The notes beneath the pieces are model-generated. The model was not told the DNA's origin and made no database searches. It was given only the letters and a program-made list of their open reading frames with translations. Positions 9,205 through 18,430 of a stretch of 54,120 nt of DNA are shown piece by piece (position 1 is the stretch's first letter; each line of letters opens with the position of its first letter). The DNA is taken from IMG/VR virus record IMGVR_UViG_3300009788_000118, positions 1 to 54,120 of that record; one strand, written 5' to 3'. The DNA is from a virus. Its lineage: Duplodnaviria; Caudoviricetes. Position numbers and translations under genes: made by a program.

Positions 9205-9517
9205 TGTCTTCCTCCTTTTTGAGAAGCTCAACGTATATATCCCCATGACAATCTCCCGGTTTGCAATTTCCAGGGCATCCCAATCTCTTTCCTTTGAGTG
9301 CATAAAGGTTTTCTAGAATCCATTTTCGTCTCTTGGGTTGGATATGAGCATAAGCAACTCCTGCAAGCCAGTTACGACATTTGGTTATGACTGTTTCTCT
9401 TGATCCGTCACGACCAATAATAAATGGATTACCGTAATGTGTGTTACTTCCTCTTATACGACCGATGTAAATGTCGTATGCTCCATCTCCTGTACATACA
9501 ACCTTAGTTTGGCTCAT
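9152..9517 (-). CDS. DUF4326 family protein
   Basis: YDIYIGR, YGNPF, LKGKRLGC...CHGD. Confidence 0.85.
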   Translation of the reverse strand: MSQTKVVCTGDGAYDIYIGRIRGSNTHYGNPFIIGRDGSRETVITKCRNWLAGVAYAHIQPKRRKWILENLYALKGKRLGCPGNCKPGDCHGDIYVELLKKEEDNEKDLRESEAGGRSKET

Positions 9518-9674
9518 TTTTCCTCTCTTTCAAGACATTCCTGAAAAAGAGCATGAACTGCTTTATCACCAATAAAATCTCTCCAGGGTTCTCCATATCT
9601 ATCGCAACAAAGAATGTCATCTTTTACATAAAATCTATATTTGCCATTTTCTAAAATAATCTCTTCCATTAAAG

Positions 9675-10469
9675 CTACTCCTCGTTTAAGATCTTTGAAA
9701 GATTCGGCTCAACTAATTCATCGAGTTTGTAAGATGTCCTTGCACAATACTTCTTTCCCATTGTGCGGAAGTGATAATCAATACCCGCTGGAATAACTCC
9801 CTTTTTAATCCTGTTTTGTTTTTGCATAAAATAAACCTCATTAAAATATCCAGCAAGCTTTTCTCGCATTTGGCCATCGATCATTGGCCAGTATCCCTTG
9901 GTGATCTCGACTTCTGTAATGGGATCTTTCTCAGTATACTCTTTTTCATGGACACAGCATACAAAATGCTTTCCTTTTGGCCAGTATCCAGCGGCAGCTC
10001 CAAAAATCTCCTCAAGATTTGAAAGGTATGATCCCCATGAGGGCCAGTTCATATCTTCCATCTTTTTGTCATCCTTAATCTTACCAAACTTTCCCTTGGC
10101 TCGGTGGTAGATTAAAAGGCGTTTCATGTGTTCGACAGTCCTGCTGAGGGAATCTAAACATGTCGTTTTAAAATCTTTAAAGATTCCATCATTATCAATG
10201 GCTGAGTTAAGCATATTAACGATTTCAATGTAACCCTTCGGCTGCTCTTTAGGTCCTTTATCCGGATTAAGGGCACGATATTCAAAAGTATCTTCCACCA
10301 TTTTGGATTTAACGGGAACGATTACGACATCACCTTTTTTGATAAGGTGTTGGATATTATGCATTTGATCTGCTTTTCCATCAACATCAATTAATCCAAC
10401 TGGTGGAGGTGCTGTGCATGCAGCGGTTGTTTTTCCTGATCCTGGTACGCCTATTAGTAGTGTGATCAT
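9675..10469 (-). CDS. AAA_24/Sak4-like P-loop ATPase (recombination)
   Basis: GVPGSGKTT Walker A, CLDSLS Walker B, VHEKE, ARTS. Confidence 0.85.
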   Translation of the reverse strand: MITLLIGVPGSGKTTAACTAPPPVGLIDVDGKADQMHNIQHLIKKGDVVIVPVKSKMVEDTFEYRALNPDKGPKEQPKGYIEIVNMLNSAIDNDGIFKDFKTTCLDSLSRTVEHMKRLLIYHRAKGKFGKIKDDKKMEDMNWPSWGSYLSNLEEIFGAAAGYWPKGKHFVCCVHEKEYTEKDPITEVEITKGYWPMIDGQMREKLAGYFNEVYFMQKQNRIKKGVIPAGIDYHFRTMGKKYCARTSYKLDELVEPNLSKILNEE

Positions 10470-11440
10470 TGCGTCTCCTCCAAAGCTTTTTGTCGCTTCT
10501 CAGCACGTTTTTTCTCTTCCTCTTCTCTTGAAAGATACGGCCTATAGTTCGTTTTTATCAATGTCTCCCGGATTGATTCACTTGCATTACGTAGCGGGAG
10601 ATACTCACATCCGCCATATTTGAGACATATCTCTGAGTTAGCTTGGGGAAAGTGATTAGTTTCGATAGCCCATTGAATTTGTTTGATCCACATGAGCAAG
10701 TCTTGGTAGGATGCATCAACTTCTCGATTCGTTTTAATCGCAAGTTGTTGTTCAAATCGGAAATTTTTTGCATGAATATAAACCACGTTCATTAAAAGCA
10801 TCGGCTTTTGAGATCCGTAAATTTCGAAAAGTTTGAGATGTTTTGCAATCCAGAGATACCATAAAACCTGATATGACGATCTCAGCTGCTTGAAGTAAAA
10901 ATCTCCAAGACGCGATGCCGTTTTATCTTCATCAATAGCAATGCCCTGATTATCGGCAAGCTTCACGACACCATCAATACGACCTTCAAAAAAGATTCCA
11001 GGAGCAATCTCTTCTTTGAAGACAATTTCTGGTTGGATAAATATCTCAGCATCGTCGACATACGTTTTACAATATTCAGATAAAATTTCTAATGCTCTTG
11101 GAATTGATCTCAGAGGATCGTTTTCTCGCACGAGCTCAAGTACTCGTTCCTCTTCTGCCCATGTTTTCATAAAAGCATCTTCAGCGAGTTCGGCAGGCGA
11201 CAATGCACCAAGAGTTTCTTGGATACCCTCTGGCGAATTTTTCATAGCTGAGGCTTCTTTGATTAATCCCGCTAATGCAGTCTCGGGGTTTCTAAATGCT
11301 GCAAGACCTGCAGCCATACATGATCCTAAAGCCAATGGCTTTGCTTTCTTAATCGGGACGATTCTTTGGATATACCGGCGGTAGAACTTCATGGGACAAT
11401 TTATGTATGTATCAATCTTAGTATGTGAAAATCTATCCAT
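10466..11440 (-). CDS. PD-(D/E)XK nuclease (RecB/Cas4-like)
   Basis: SHTKIDTYINCPMKF, GRIDG, IDEDKT, QVLWY, C-terminal CLKYGGCEY. Confidence 0.85.
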   Translation of the reverse strand: MDRFSHTKIDTYINCPMKFYRRYIQRIVPIKKAKPLALGSCMAAGLAAFRNPETALAGLIKEASAMKNSPEGIQETLGALSPAELAEDAFMKTWAEEERVLELVRENDPLRSIPRALEILSEYCKTYVDDAEIFIQPEIVFKEEIAPGIFFEGRIDGVVKLADNQGIAIDEDKTASRLGDFYFKQLRSSYQVLWYLWIAKHLKLFEIYGSQKPMLLMNVVYIHAKNFRFEQQLAIKTNREVDASYQDLLMWIKQIQWAIETNHFPQANSEICLKYGGCEYLPLRNASESIRETLIKTNYRPYLSREEEEKKRAEKRQKALEETQ

Positions 11441-11466
11441 GTTTTCTCCTTTATGGCTTTTTAAAT

Positions 11467-11658
11467 TCATTCATCTTTCAGCAATTCATCAAGGATTTTT
11501 GTCGCAATGTCGTCATCTAAGCCTTTAAGAGAATCCATAATGACCTCATCCTTCTTCGGCTTTGATTTTTTGCGGGACGTAAATCCAGTCTTTCGACGAG
11601 ATCTAATCTCAGTCAGTTGATCAAGCAGCTCCTTTTCAGATAGATTTTTTATATCCAT
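11467..11658 (-). CDS. Hypothetical protein
   Basis: Coupled to neighbouring genes. Confidence 0.6.
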   Translation of the reverse strand: MDIKNLSEKELLDQLTEIRSRRKTGFTSRKKSKPKKDEVIMDSLKGLDDDIATKILDELLKDE

Positions 11659-11831
11659 TAACTTTCTTGCTCCTTCTTTTGGCTTCCGGCTTGCTTTTGG
11701 AGATCTTGTTTAATCATAGCCCTTAGTGCGATAAAACAGTAATCTAGCATTGTGATATCCTTCATTGCCGATGCTGCTTTCCATGCCCTGTGTAGGTCTC
11801 CTGGTATATTGCGAAGTGTGTAATCGCTCAT
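11658..11831 (-). CDS. Ribbon-helix-helix (Arc/ParG-like) DNA-binding protein (not in ORF track)
   Basis: AAGGAG RBS; MSDYTLRNIPGDLHRAWKAASAMKDITMLDY RHH pattern; TAATG overlap with next gene. Confidence 0.7.
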   Translation of the reverse strand: MSDYTLRNIPGDLHRAWKAASAMKDITMLDYCFIALRAMIKQDLQKQAGSQKKEQES

Positions 11832-11844
11832 AAATAAACTCCTT

Positions 11845-11883
11845 AAAAAGGCACGCTGCGTTTTCTTTATCAGCGTGCCTTTT
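11845..11883 (-). terminator. Intrinsic terminator (possibly bidirectional)
   Basis: AAAAGGCACGCTG-loop-CAGCGTGCCTTTTT. Confidence 0.75.
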
Positions 11884-11920
11884 GTTGCAAAATCGAACTA
11901 CACGTTCATGATAAACCGGC

Positions 11921-12247
11921 CTACTTTCTATCTCCGCCAGTAGGTTTTGATGTGCCGCCAGCGGCTGTATCGACGACGCCGTATTTTGCGACCAGGGCAT
12001 CAATTTTAGTCTGCAATTCTGGGTTGGTTTTCGCCATCTTTTGGAGCTTGTTGATAGGCGAAATATCCCGTGTTTGAGATGCCCGGAATTCGTTCATAAA
12101 ATCGGAGGCCACTTGTCGATTAAGTTTGCTGAGAGCAGTTGCCTCGGTGAGGCCTTTTACTGCTTCGGCGACGTTGTCATACTGCGGAACTTCAATTTCA
12201 CCAATAATTTTTCCATCCGTTTTAACGCTTTTTTTGATCGTTTTCAT
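11921..12247 (-). CDS. Hypothetical protein, paralogue of 25237..25560
   Basis: AAGGAGG RBS; shared LNRQ..D..N..R and NPEL....L..KYG motifs. Confidence 0.75.
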   Translation of the reverse strand: MKTIKKSVKTDGKIIGEIEVPQYDNVAEAVKGLTEATALSKLNRQVASDFMNEFRASQTRDISPINKLQKMAKTNPELQTKIDALVAKYGVVDTAAGGTSKPTGGDRK

Positions 12248-12480
12248 AAAACTTGATCCTCCTTAAGGGGTAATAGGGTTAATAAAATCTACTCTAGCCA
12301 GGATGTTCACCTCCTTTCATTTTTTCGATCGTTTGTTCGAGATACTCAATTCTACGCTCTAAGGGTTTATGCTTACCAACGACTGATATGATGCTAGTCA
12401 AAAAAATAATAGCGATGGTTATCCAAATCAAAAACTCGAACTTTGTTATATCATTCACATAATGCTCCCCCTCCTTCCAT

Positions 12481-12512
12481 CTTTGTAATTTCAGAGTGTT
12501 AAAAATACGGAG
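12481..12512. repeat. 13-6-13 palindromic site, copy 2
   Basis: CTTTGTAATTTCA-GAGTGT-TAAAAATACGGAG, just downstream of the promoter at 12535-12563. Confidence 0.7.
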
Positions 12513-12534
12513 ATACTGAAACATTTTCTACTGC

Positions 12535-12563
12535 ATGGTAACACACTTAAAAATGTTTGTCAA
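12535..12563 (-). promoter_or_regulatory. Sigma70-type promoter
   Basis: TTGACA-17 nt-TACCAT. Confidence 0.7.
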
Positions 12564-12613
12564 GTTATTTTTTCGGATATTGGCAGTTATCCCAGATGGG
12601 CCTGCATAGAGGC

Positions 12614-12796
12614 TTACTTCATATCATCTGTAGTTCTCGGGAAGGTTATTTTTCGGCTTTCAAGTTCGTATGCAAGTTCGGCAACCCGATCTGCCATTTT
12701 TCGGATGAGTTTGCCTTCAGGACCAGCATCTGCGGTCCAATCGAATTTGACTTCGAGGGCATCTCGCTTCCATTTTTTAATTGTTGAATCTTTCAT
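12614..12796 (-). CDS. Hypothetical protein
   Basis: GAGGAG RBS. Confidence 0.55.
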   Translation of the reverse strand: MKDSTIKKWKRDALEVKFDWTADAGPEGKLIRKMADRVAELAYELESRKITFPRTTDDMK

Positions 12797-12918
12797 AGGT
12801 TTTGATCTCCTCTGTAATGATTGTGATCTCCTCTATAATGACTGTGGTAACAAAAATCAGATATGGTATAATGATAATAAATTGAGATAAAATAGACAGA
12901 TCTTCCATTTGTCACCTC

Positions 12919-13095
12919 CTAAACTTCAAACTCATGAATAAGGTTTCTCTTACGTTTGCATTTGAAACAATACATCCATTTCTTATGACCGATTTCTCGT
13001 AGCCTAGATGCTGGACGATATACAAATGTGTTCCAATCACAGAAGGGACATACGTATTTCTCAGCATGCATTCCACTTATATGCAGACGTTTCAT
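12919..13095 (-). CDS. Small zinc-ribbon protein
   Basis: CPFC...CFKC; ATGA overlap. Confidence 0.6.
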   Translation of the reverse strand: MKRLHISGMHAEKYVCPFCDWNTFVYRPASRLREIGHKKWMYCFKCKRKRNLIHEFEV

Positions 13096-13817
13096 TTTAC
13101 GATGTTTGGAACCTGTATACAATATTTTCGAAGGTTTTTATTTCCTATACAAGAACGACAAGATCTTAACTGATAAGGATAAACATCTGGAAAGAAATTC
13201 ATGTAATACATCTCCACCTTTTTGGTTATCCAGCTAAAAACTGTATCTTCTTTGGCTATTGGATGAAGATGTCCCATTGTTCTCATAGGAGAGCAGTAAC
13301 TGATTTGATCACCGCAGATAGTAAATCCAGGACAATCGCAATCGACATGGAAATCCCATGGTACAATTTGGCTCGCTGGAAGAAATCTTCGGTTTCTGTG
13401 ATCTACGACCTTAACCTGTGATGGAAAATGTTTCAATGCAAACTCAATGTTTTCTTCATTTCCAAAATAACGTGAGATACGGAAGAAGTCGATGTGATCT
13501 GCTACCATCTCGATGAAGTTTAGATTCTCTTCTTTCATCAACAAGGCGTTCGTGGTCATTATGATCTCGCTCTTTGGAAATGTACTCACAAGAAGGAAAG
13601 TACCTTCAACGATGTTTTTCCACATCAAAGGTTCGCCTCCAATAAGAGCGATCCTTTCGGGTTTGTATTTAGAATATGTGGTAGTATCACAAAAGAGATC
13701 AAGGTCTTCCATCGAAAGATGATATGGATCTTTTTCATGATATTTCATCCACGGTCTAACGCTGCAATGGGCGCATGCACCATTACATTGACTCGTTACG
13801 AGCAACTTAATTCTCAT
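13092..13817 (-). CDS. Radical SAM protein
   Basis: CNGACAHC, IGGEPL, MTTNA, C-terminal Cys cluster. Confidence 0.88.
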   Translation of the reverse strand: MRIKLLVTSQCNGACAHCSVRPWMKYHEKDPYHLSMEDLDLFCDTTTYSKYKPERIALIGGEPLMWKNIVEGTFLLVSTFPKSEIIMTTNALLMKEENLNFIEMVADHIDFFRISRYFGNEENIEFALKHFPSQVKVVDHRNRRFLPASQIVPWDFHVDCDCPGFTICGDQISYCSPMRTMGHLHPIAKEDTVFSWITKKVEMYYMNFFPDVYPYQLRSCRSCIGNKNLRKYCIQVPNIVK

Positions 13818-14730
13818 TATCCACCTCCTCTTTTTCTAGATAATCATCTTTATGAATTACTTCAATGACTACGGGAGAATATGGAACGTCTCTCCCGATG
13901 GTTAAATATTGATACTTAACAACTGCTACATGTTCTCCATTCGTGATAACGTTTCTATAGTTCCACATCTCTTGACGGCCTAGCTTTGTAAGAACTGGAC
14001 CTGATCCCACCTGGAAACGCTGACCATTCTTCTCACAAATAAATGCCCCTAATGTTCCTTTAGGATGACCATCTTTTGAAATTTCCTCATTGACTCCGAC
14101 GATGCGATAAGCGTCTTGATTTCTCGGTTTAAACTTCATGAGAGATGAAACTCTTTTACGTTGATAAGATGCTTGAGGATGACGAAGAATAATTCCTTCG
14201 TAACCTTCGGCCATGCAATCTGCAAGATATCGAGCAACATCATTCGAATCTTTGAGTAAGACATGATCGACATGTTTAATCGAATCTTTAAATGCTTGTG
14301 ATAAGATCTTTAAATGAAACGTCCTATCAATTTGAACATTTTCATTTATGATGTCGAAAATATGATACTCCATTTTCTCATATTCCGGATGTCGATTCAC
14401 CGTGCGCCTGCCGATGCTTGAGATTGAATTGCTTGGCCCACTGAATGGAACTCCATGGATGTAGAGTTCACCATCAAGCTCGACAGTGTCTCCTGTAAAG
14501 ATATCTCGTCTCATATGATCTGCAAGTTGCTTGTTGATATGGGGAACTGAGATAACTTCAGCTGCAGAAGACGATAACAACTCACATTGAATTCCTCCAG
14601 GCCATCGTTTAAGGATCGCTCGATTTCTTAATCCTTCCACTTTTGGTTGAGCAATGAATGGTTTTGGCCAATGCTCGAGACGTCGAACATCAAGTGGTAA
14701 TGCCAACATGACATCTTTACGTTTTGCCAT
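13807..14730 (-). CDS. ATP-dependent DNA ligase
   Basis: QPKVEGLR (I), LDGELY (III), YHIFDI (IIIa), EGIILR (IV), LMKFK (V), VGSG OB fold. Confidence 0.9.
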   Translation of the reverse strand: MAKRKDVMLALPLDVRRLEHWPKPFIAQPKVEGLRNRAILKRWPGGIQCELLSSSAAEVISVPHINKQLADHMRRDIFTGDTVELDGELYIHGVPFSGPSNSISSIGRRTVNRHPEYEKMEYHIFDIINENVQIDRTFHLKILSQAFKDSIKHVDHVLLKDSNDVARYLADCMAEGYEGIILRHPQASYQRKRVSSLMKFKPRNQDAYRIVGVNEEISKDGHPKGTLGAFICEKNGQRFQVGSGPVLTKLGRQEMWNYRNVITNGEHVAVVKYQYLTIGRDVPYSPVVIEVIHKDDYLEKEEVDNEN

Positions 14731-14765
14731 TTTGCTTCTCCTTGTTTGGTGGATCTTCAATAGAT

Positions 14766-14984
14766 TTAAGCTTCTTCATCCTCTTCGACTTCAATCTCAC
14801 TTTTGAGGGACATCTTTTTTAATGAAGAGTAGTATAAATCCACTACTTGAGGATTTGCGTCACCAACGACTTTATCCCAAGCATTAACTGCATCAGTGTG
14901 TCTATCACGAGCAGCTGTAAGCTTATCCTTTGCCGCATTGTACTCACGTGCAACCCTTCTAAGGTCATCTAATGTAGCCGACAT
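14766..14984 (-). CDS. Hypothetical protein
   Basis: GGAGG RBS. Confidence 0.6.
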   Translation of the reverse strand: MSATLDDLRRVAREYNAAKDKLTAARDRHTDAVNAWDKVVGDANPQVVDLYYSSLKKMSLKSEIEVEEDEEA

Positions 14985-14994
14985 GTTGTTCCTC

Positions 14995-15288
14995 CTATGA
15001 ATAGTATGGATTCCAACCCGCCTTGCGGAGTTGAGTGTATCGAGAGGTTATACCATTAACGCTACGACCATGACGTTTGGCAATGATTCCGATTAATTCA
15101 ATCCACTCTCGTTTGAATGCTTCATTTTCACCAGTCGACCAAGAGGCTCCTCTGTTGAATGCCTGGTCATCAGCCTCTTTTCTGATCTCTCTTCTCAGAG
15201 ATACTTCCATTTCACGTGATTGGTTGACTATACATCTCTTTACAATCTTTTCAATACTGTCTTCTAGTCCTCTGATTTCGACTTCCAT
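14995..15288 (-). CDS. Hypothetical protein with C-terminal HTH/Myb-like motif
   Basis: GASWSTGE...IAKRHGRSVNGITSR. Confidence 0.6.
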   Translation of the reverse strand: MEVEIRGLEDSIEKIVKRCIVNQSREMEVSLRREIRKEADDQAFNRGASWSTGENEAFKREWIELIGIIAKRHGRSVNGITSRYTQLRKAGWNPYYS

Positions 15289-15319
15289 ATTTTCTCCTTT
15301 ATGATGTTTAAAATCTCGG

Positions 15320-15598
15320 TTAGGTATCAAAATATCCAAGTCCTTTTAGCATTATATCTACAATCTCCTTAAGAACTGAATCCTGTTTTACGAGATTCAT
15401 CTTTGGAGTTGCTTCACTATTTGCTACTGTTCTTAATATTCCTGGATTGCCCTTAACCCAATATCTACAGAAATAACTATCTCCTTTTACAGAATCGCCT
15501 GTAACAAATCCTCGTTCTGCATCTTTGTGATTAACATCACCTTTTGCGTGATCGGGAACGTAGACGATTTGATCTCCAATTTTAAAATCGTTTGGCAT
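15320..15598 (-). CDS. Hypothetical protein
   Basis: AGGAGGTGA RBS; FKIGDQIVY. Confidence 0.65.
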   Translation of the reverse strand: MPNDFKIGDQIVYVPDHAKGDVNHKDAERGFVTGDSVKGDSYFCRYWVKGNPGILRTVANSEATPKMNLVKQDSVLKEIVDIMLKGLGYFDT

Positions 15599-15671
15599 TA
15601 TATCACCTCCTTTCAAATGAATTCATTCGAAGAGGAGAACGATTTATGCTCTCCTCTTCTGATGAAGCCAC

Positions 15672-15986
15672 TTATGCCGCCCTGCGTTGATTTACTTTCC
15701 TGCTCTTTGCCGCGATCTTGTTATTTCGCCTCCGGCGTGCAACTATCTTCTCCTTTGCGCGTCCCATGGACGGATGATATGTTGACCACTTAGATCCCAC
15801 CCGTTTGAGGCGTTGAGGACGTGGGTCTGTATCAGCATATTTCGCTTTTTTGAGGTGGTCTAATCGGGTTGTCAATCGCTTCGCTTTTCGTGTGATTCGA
15901 AATAATGCAATAGGTTTTGATCTTTTTTTATCGAACATTTCTTCAAGATCCTTGATCTCTTTCTTGATCCTTTGTTCTTCCTTCAT
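15672..15986 (-). CDS. Highly basic hypothetical protein
   Basis: GAGGAGG RBS; K/R rich. Confidence 0.6.
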   Translation of the reverse strand: MKEEQRIKKEIKDLEEMFDKKRSKPIALFRITRKAKRLTTRLDHLKKAKYADTDPRPQRLKRVGSKWSTYHPSMGRAKEKIVARRRRNNKIAAKSRKVNQRRAA

Positions 15987-16161
15987 TTTGCACCTCCTCA
16001 TGTAGGTTGAAAGGACATCCTTTTTGGCAGAACAGGTCTGGACAATCTTTAGGTTCGCTTAAGGGATGTCTGGTTACGCCAAAAGTGGCTCGGTGTTTGA
16101 TGCACTCGTTTAAGTATTTATCAGATACGGTAGGATCGTGAATGGTTGAGTCAGAATTCAT
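15943..16161 (-). CDS. Hypothetical Cys-containing protein
   Basis: GGAG RBS; ORF track. Confidence 0.45.
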   Translation of the reverse strand: MNSDSTIHDPTVSDKYLNECIKHRATFGVTRHPLSEPKDCPDLFCQKGCPFNLHEEVQNEGRTKDQERDQGS

Positions 16162-16179
16162 TTGCCTATCTCCGATGGG

Positions 16180-16367
16180 TTACGGGATTAAATGTCTCTT
16201 AGCAAAATCGTTCAAAGACTTTAATACTTCAGGCTCAAGATAAACCTGTCAGTTGCATGTGTTTCTCTATGATCATTAGCATGAAGCCATATTCCAAAAC
16301 CATCGAATATGGCATAGACGCCATCTCCTAAATATGTCGTGGGTCTTTTATTTTCTTTTTCTACCAT
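16180..16367 (-). pseudogene. Small phage gene with apparent single-base frameshift near 16245
   Basis: MVEKENKRPTTYLGDGVYAIFDG... continues in the -1 frame as VYLEPEVLKSLNDFAKRHLIP*. Confidence 0.45.
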
Positions 16368-16384
16368 CAAATCACCTCACTTAT

Positions 16385-16416
16385 CTTTGAATTTTTACAC
16401 CGTTAAAATTACGGAG
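16385..16416. repeat. 13-6-13 palindromic site, copy 3
   Basis: CTTTGAATTTTTA-CACCGT-TAAAATTACGGAG. Confidence 0.7.
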
Positions 16417-16747
16417 ATTCAACTCTTATCGGTGTTTCGGAAATCCTATGAACTTTGATCGTTTTTGAATATCCCTCCCAGCCCCTGATTTTTATCCATT
16501 CATCCATTATCGTCTTTGATCCCCAACAAGCGTGGGGAGCTTGATTATAGAAGAATCTAACGATATCGTCCAGTCGAGGCAGGTTAAAGTCATCTGCCTT
16601 CATCACAGCTATTTTTAGATCATTGCAAATTACAGCGGTGAGGAATGATCCGACTGGACGTCCTACACGGATGTACTGCTCAATTCCTTCACGAATATGA
16701 TATGGGACTGTGTCCAAATTTAACACAAGCTCTATAGTTGTGCTCAT
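16409..16747 (-). CDS. Hypothetical phage protein
   Basis: PVGSFLTAVICNDL...APHACWGS; ATGA coupling. Confidence 0.7.
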   Translation of the reverse strand: MSTTIELVLNLDTVPYHIREGIEQYIRVGRPVGSFLTAVICNDLKIAVMKADDFNLPRLDDIVRFFYNQAPHACWGSKTIMDEWIKIRGWEGYSKTIKVHRISETPIRVESP

Positions 16748-17154
16748 TTTTTTCTCTCCTCATCTTTCAAAAGTTCACAACTATCTTTGTTTGAGCATCC
16801 TTCACAAGCTTCAGGATTTGCAGTGTGGGCATGAAAACCCGCCGATACAGCTCCCTTTGCGAGAGCATCAAAAAATATGATGTCTATACCAAGGCCTTTA
16901 AGAGAAGCCTTCTCACTGATCTCCTTAGCAGCAAGACCTAGATGCTTAACAAATATCGATCCCATATTGAGCCCTGCTGCGCTAGACGCTAAAAACTCGA
17001 CTGCTGGAAAAACGGCTCTTATGAATTTTACATGTTTATAAGCCGTATTTATCAATAAAAGACTCTCTTGTTCATCCTCCGATAGTTCAGGAGCATCTGA
17101 TTTATTGATGAAATCTTCAATTGATTTAAAAAATTCCTCTCTATCTTTTGACAT
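16744..17154 (-). CDS. Hypothetical protein
   Basis: GGAGGTGA RBS. Confidence 0.65.
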   Translation of the reverse strand: MSKDREEFFKSIEDFINKSDAPELSEDEQESLLLINTAYKHVKFIRAVFPAVEFLASSAAGLNMGSIFVKHLGLAAKEISEKASLKGLGIDIIFFDALAKGAVSAGFHAHTANPEACEGCSNKDSCELLKDEERKK

Positions 17155-17174
17155 TTATATCACCTCCGAATGAT

Positions 17175-17477
17175 TTATTCCTCTGAAAATCTCCAGATTG
17201 GAACTGAAACGAATCCAGAATGAACACCTTTACCTGTATTCTTAAACAAACCTGATGCCATACAAAGTATGGCGACTTCCTCATTCTCGCTCCAATCTTT
17301 TATAAAAAACTCTCCTTCTTCAAGATGTTTATCCGGCAGGTTAGTTGTTAGAGTAGCAAAAGGCGAGTCATCACTATCTATGAAAAGCTGGATGGCAACT
17401 CTTTTATTCGGGTACTCCCCAATCTTGAACTTCAGTAATTCATAGATTGGGGAGTCGATCTTTGCGTCAAGAGTCAT
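17175..17477 (-). CDS. DUF4313-like protein
   Basis: PFATLTTNL, IKDWSENE, TGKGVHSGFV. Confidence 0.6.
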   Translation of the reverse strand: MTLDAKIDSPIYELLKFKIGEYPNKRVAIQLFIDSDDSPFATLTTNLPDKHLEEGEFFIKDWSENEEVAILCMASGLFKNTGKGVHSGFVSVPIWRFSEE

Positions 17478-17478
17478 G

Positions 17479-17739
17479 TTAGTTTAAGAAGTTGCCTTTT
17501 GACATGACGCCTTTTGTGTGGTGATGAACGACGTAGTTGCCATCTTGGAAGAGCTCGACTGAGTAGAATTGACATTGGCCACATGGACAGATCACATCGT
17601 TCCATATCCCACGGACTTGCTTGGCTGTAAGTGTTATATCACCTTCTGTGATTCCCTCAACTTCTCTGAACTTTTCTTTGAGAGTCTCGGCAGCAATGAA
17701 CTCGCCTCTATCTTTATGTTCTTTTCCCACATGTTTCAT
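17479..17739 (-). CDS. Hypothetical protein
   Basis: GGAGGG RBS; CPCGQC. Confidence 0.6.
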   Translation of the reverse strand: MKHVGKEHKDRGEFIAAETLKEKFREVEGITEGDITLTAKQVRGIWNDVICPCGQCQFYSVELFQDGNYVVHHHTKGVMSKGNFLN

Positions 17740-17769
17740 ACTTCCCTCCTGATTGATTAGATGTTTTGA

Positions 17770-17985
17770 CTAAAGGACACATTCGTTTGAATTCTTAAGG
17801 GCTTCATTGTTTTTGTATCTCTGTGCTATTGATACTAGCGCAGATGTAAGATCATAAAGATAAATCCTACATCGATTTAAGTAATAAAGATGCAGAACTA
17901 CTACTATTATCTGAAAGACTATCAATCCAATAACAATTTTCAGGAGATAAGGAAGTATGAATTTAATAATTTCTGCGTCTGACAT
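17770..17985 (-). CDS. Small membrane protein
   Basis: GGAGGTGA RBS; one hydrophobic helix. Confidence 0.6.
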   Translation of the reverse strand: MSDAEIIKFILPYLLKIVIGLIVFQIIVVVLHLYYLNRCRIYLYDLTSALVSIAQRYKNNEALKNSNECVL

Positions 17986-18008
17986 CTATATCACCTCCTC
18001 CGTTTCTG

Positions 18009-18236
18009 TTATTCGATTACTTCTATTGTGACCTTAAATTTCTTGGCAAATTTGCCACCAGCTCGGGAATATGCTTGCTGCACATAGATCTTTCCCAAGA
18101 CTGCTATTTCGGTAGGCGCATGTTGTTCTTGATACTTATCGCCTCCTCCGCCTTGTGCCTCTTTTAATAAGATGAACTCACGAGTTATCTTTTCCACCTT
18201 TGTCCTCCTTGACGTTAAGATTGTTTTCTTCGGCAT
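18009..18236 (-). CDS. Hypothetical protein
   Basis: ORF track, co-oriented. Confidence 0.55.
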   Translation of the reverse strand: MPKKTILTSRRTKVEKITREFILLKEAQGGGGDKYQEQHAPTEIAVLGKIYVQQAYSRAGGKFAKKFKVTIEVIE

Positions 18237-18420
18237 ACTTAGCGACTTCCTCAGGAGTGTATATCTTACACCTTCGGGTCGTACAAAGCTGCCTTGGGGT
18301 GTACCATCCTGGACCTCTACGATAAAGGTATCGATGTGCCTTCATTGTATCATGTTCCGGTTCGATTTGTTTGGTTAAATCCAGTTCTTTTCCATTGACA
18401 CTCACTCGTTCGACTGGCAC
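18178..18420 (-). CDS. Hypothetical protein
   Basis: GGAGG RBS, GTG start. Confidence 0.5.
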   Translation of the reverse strand: MPVERVSVNGKELDLTKQIEPEHDTMKAHRYLYRRGPGWYTPRQLCTTRRCKIYTPEEVAKYAEENNLNVKEDKGGKDNS

Positions 18421-18430
18421 GATGCACCTC

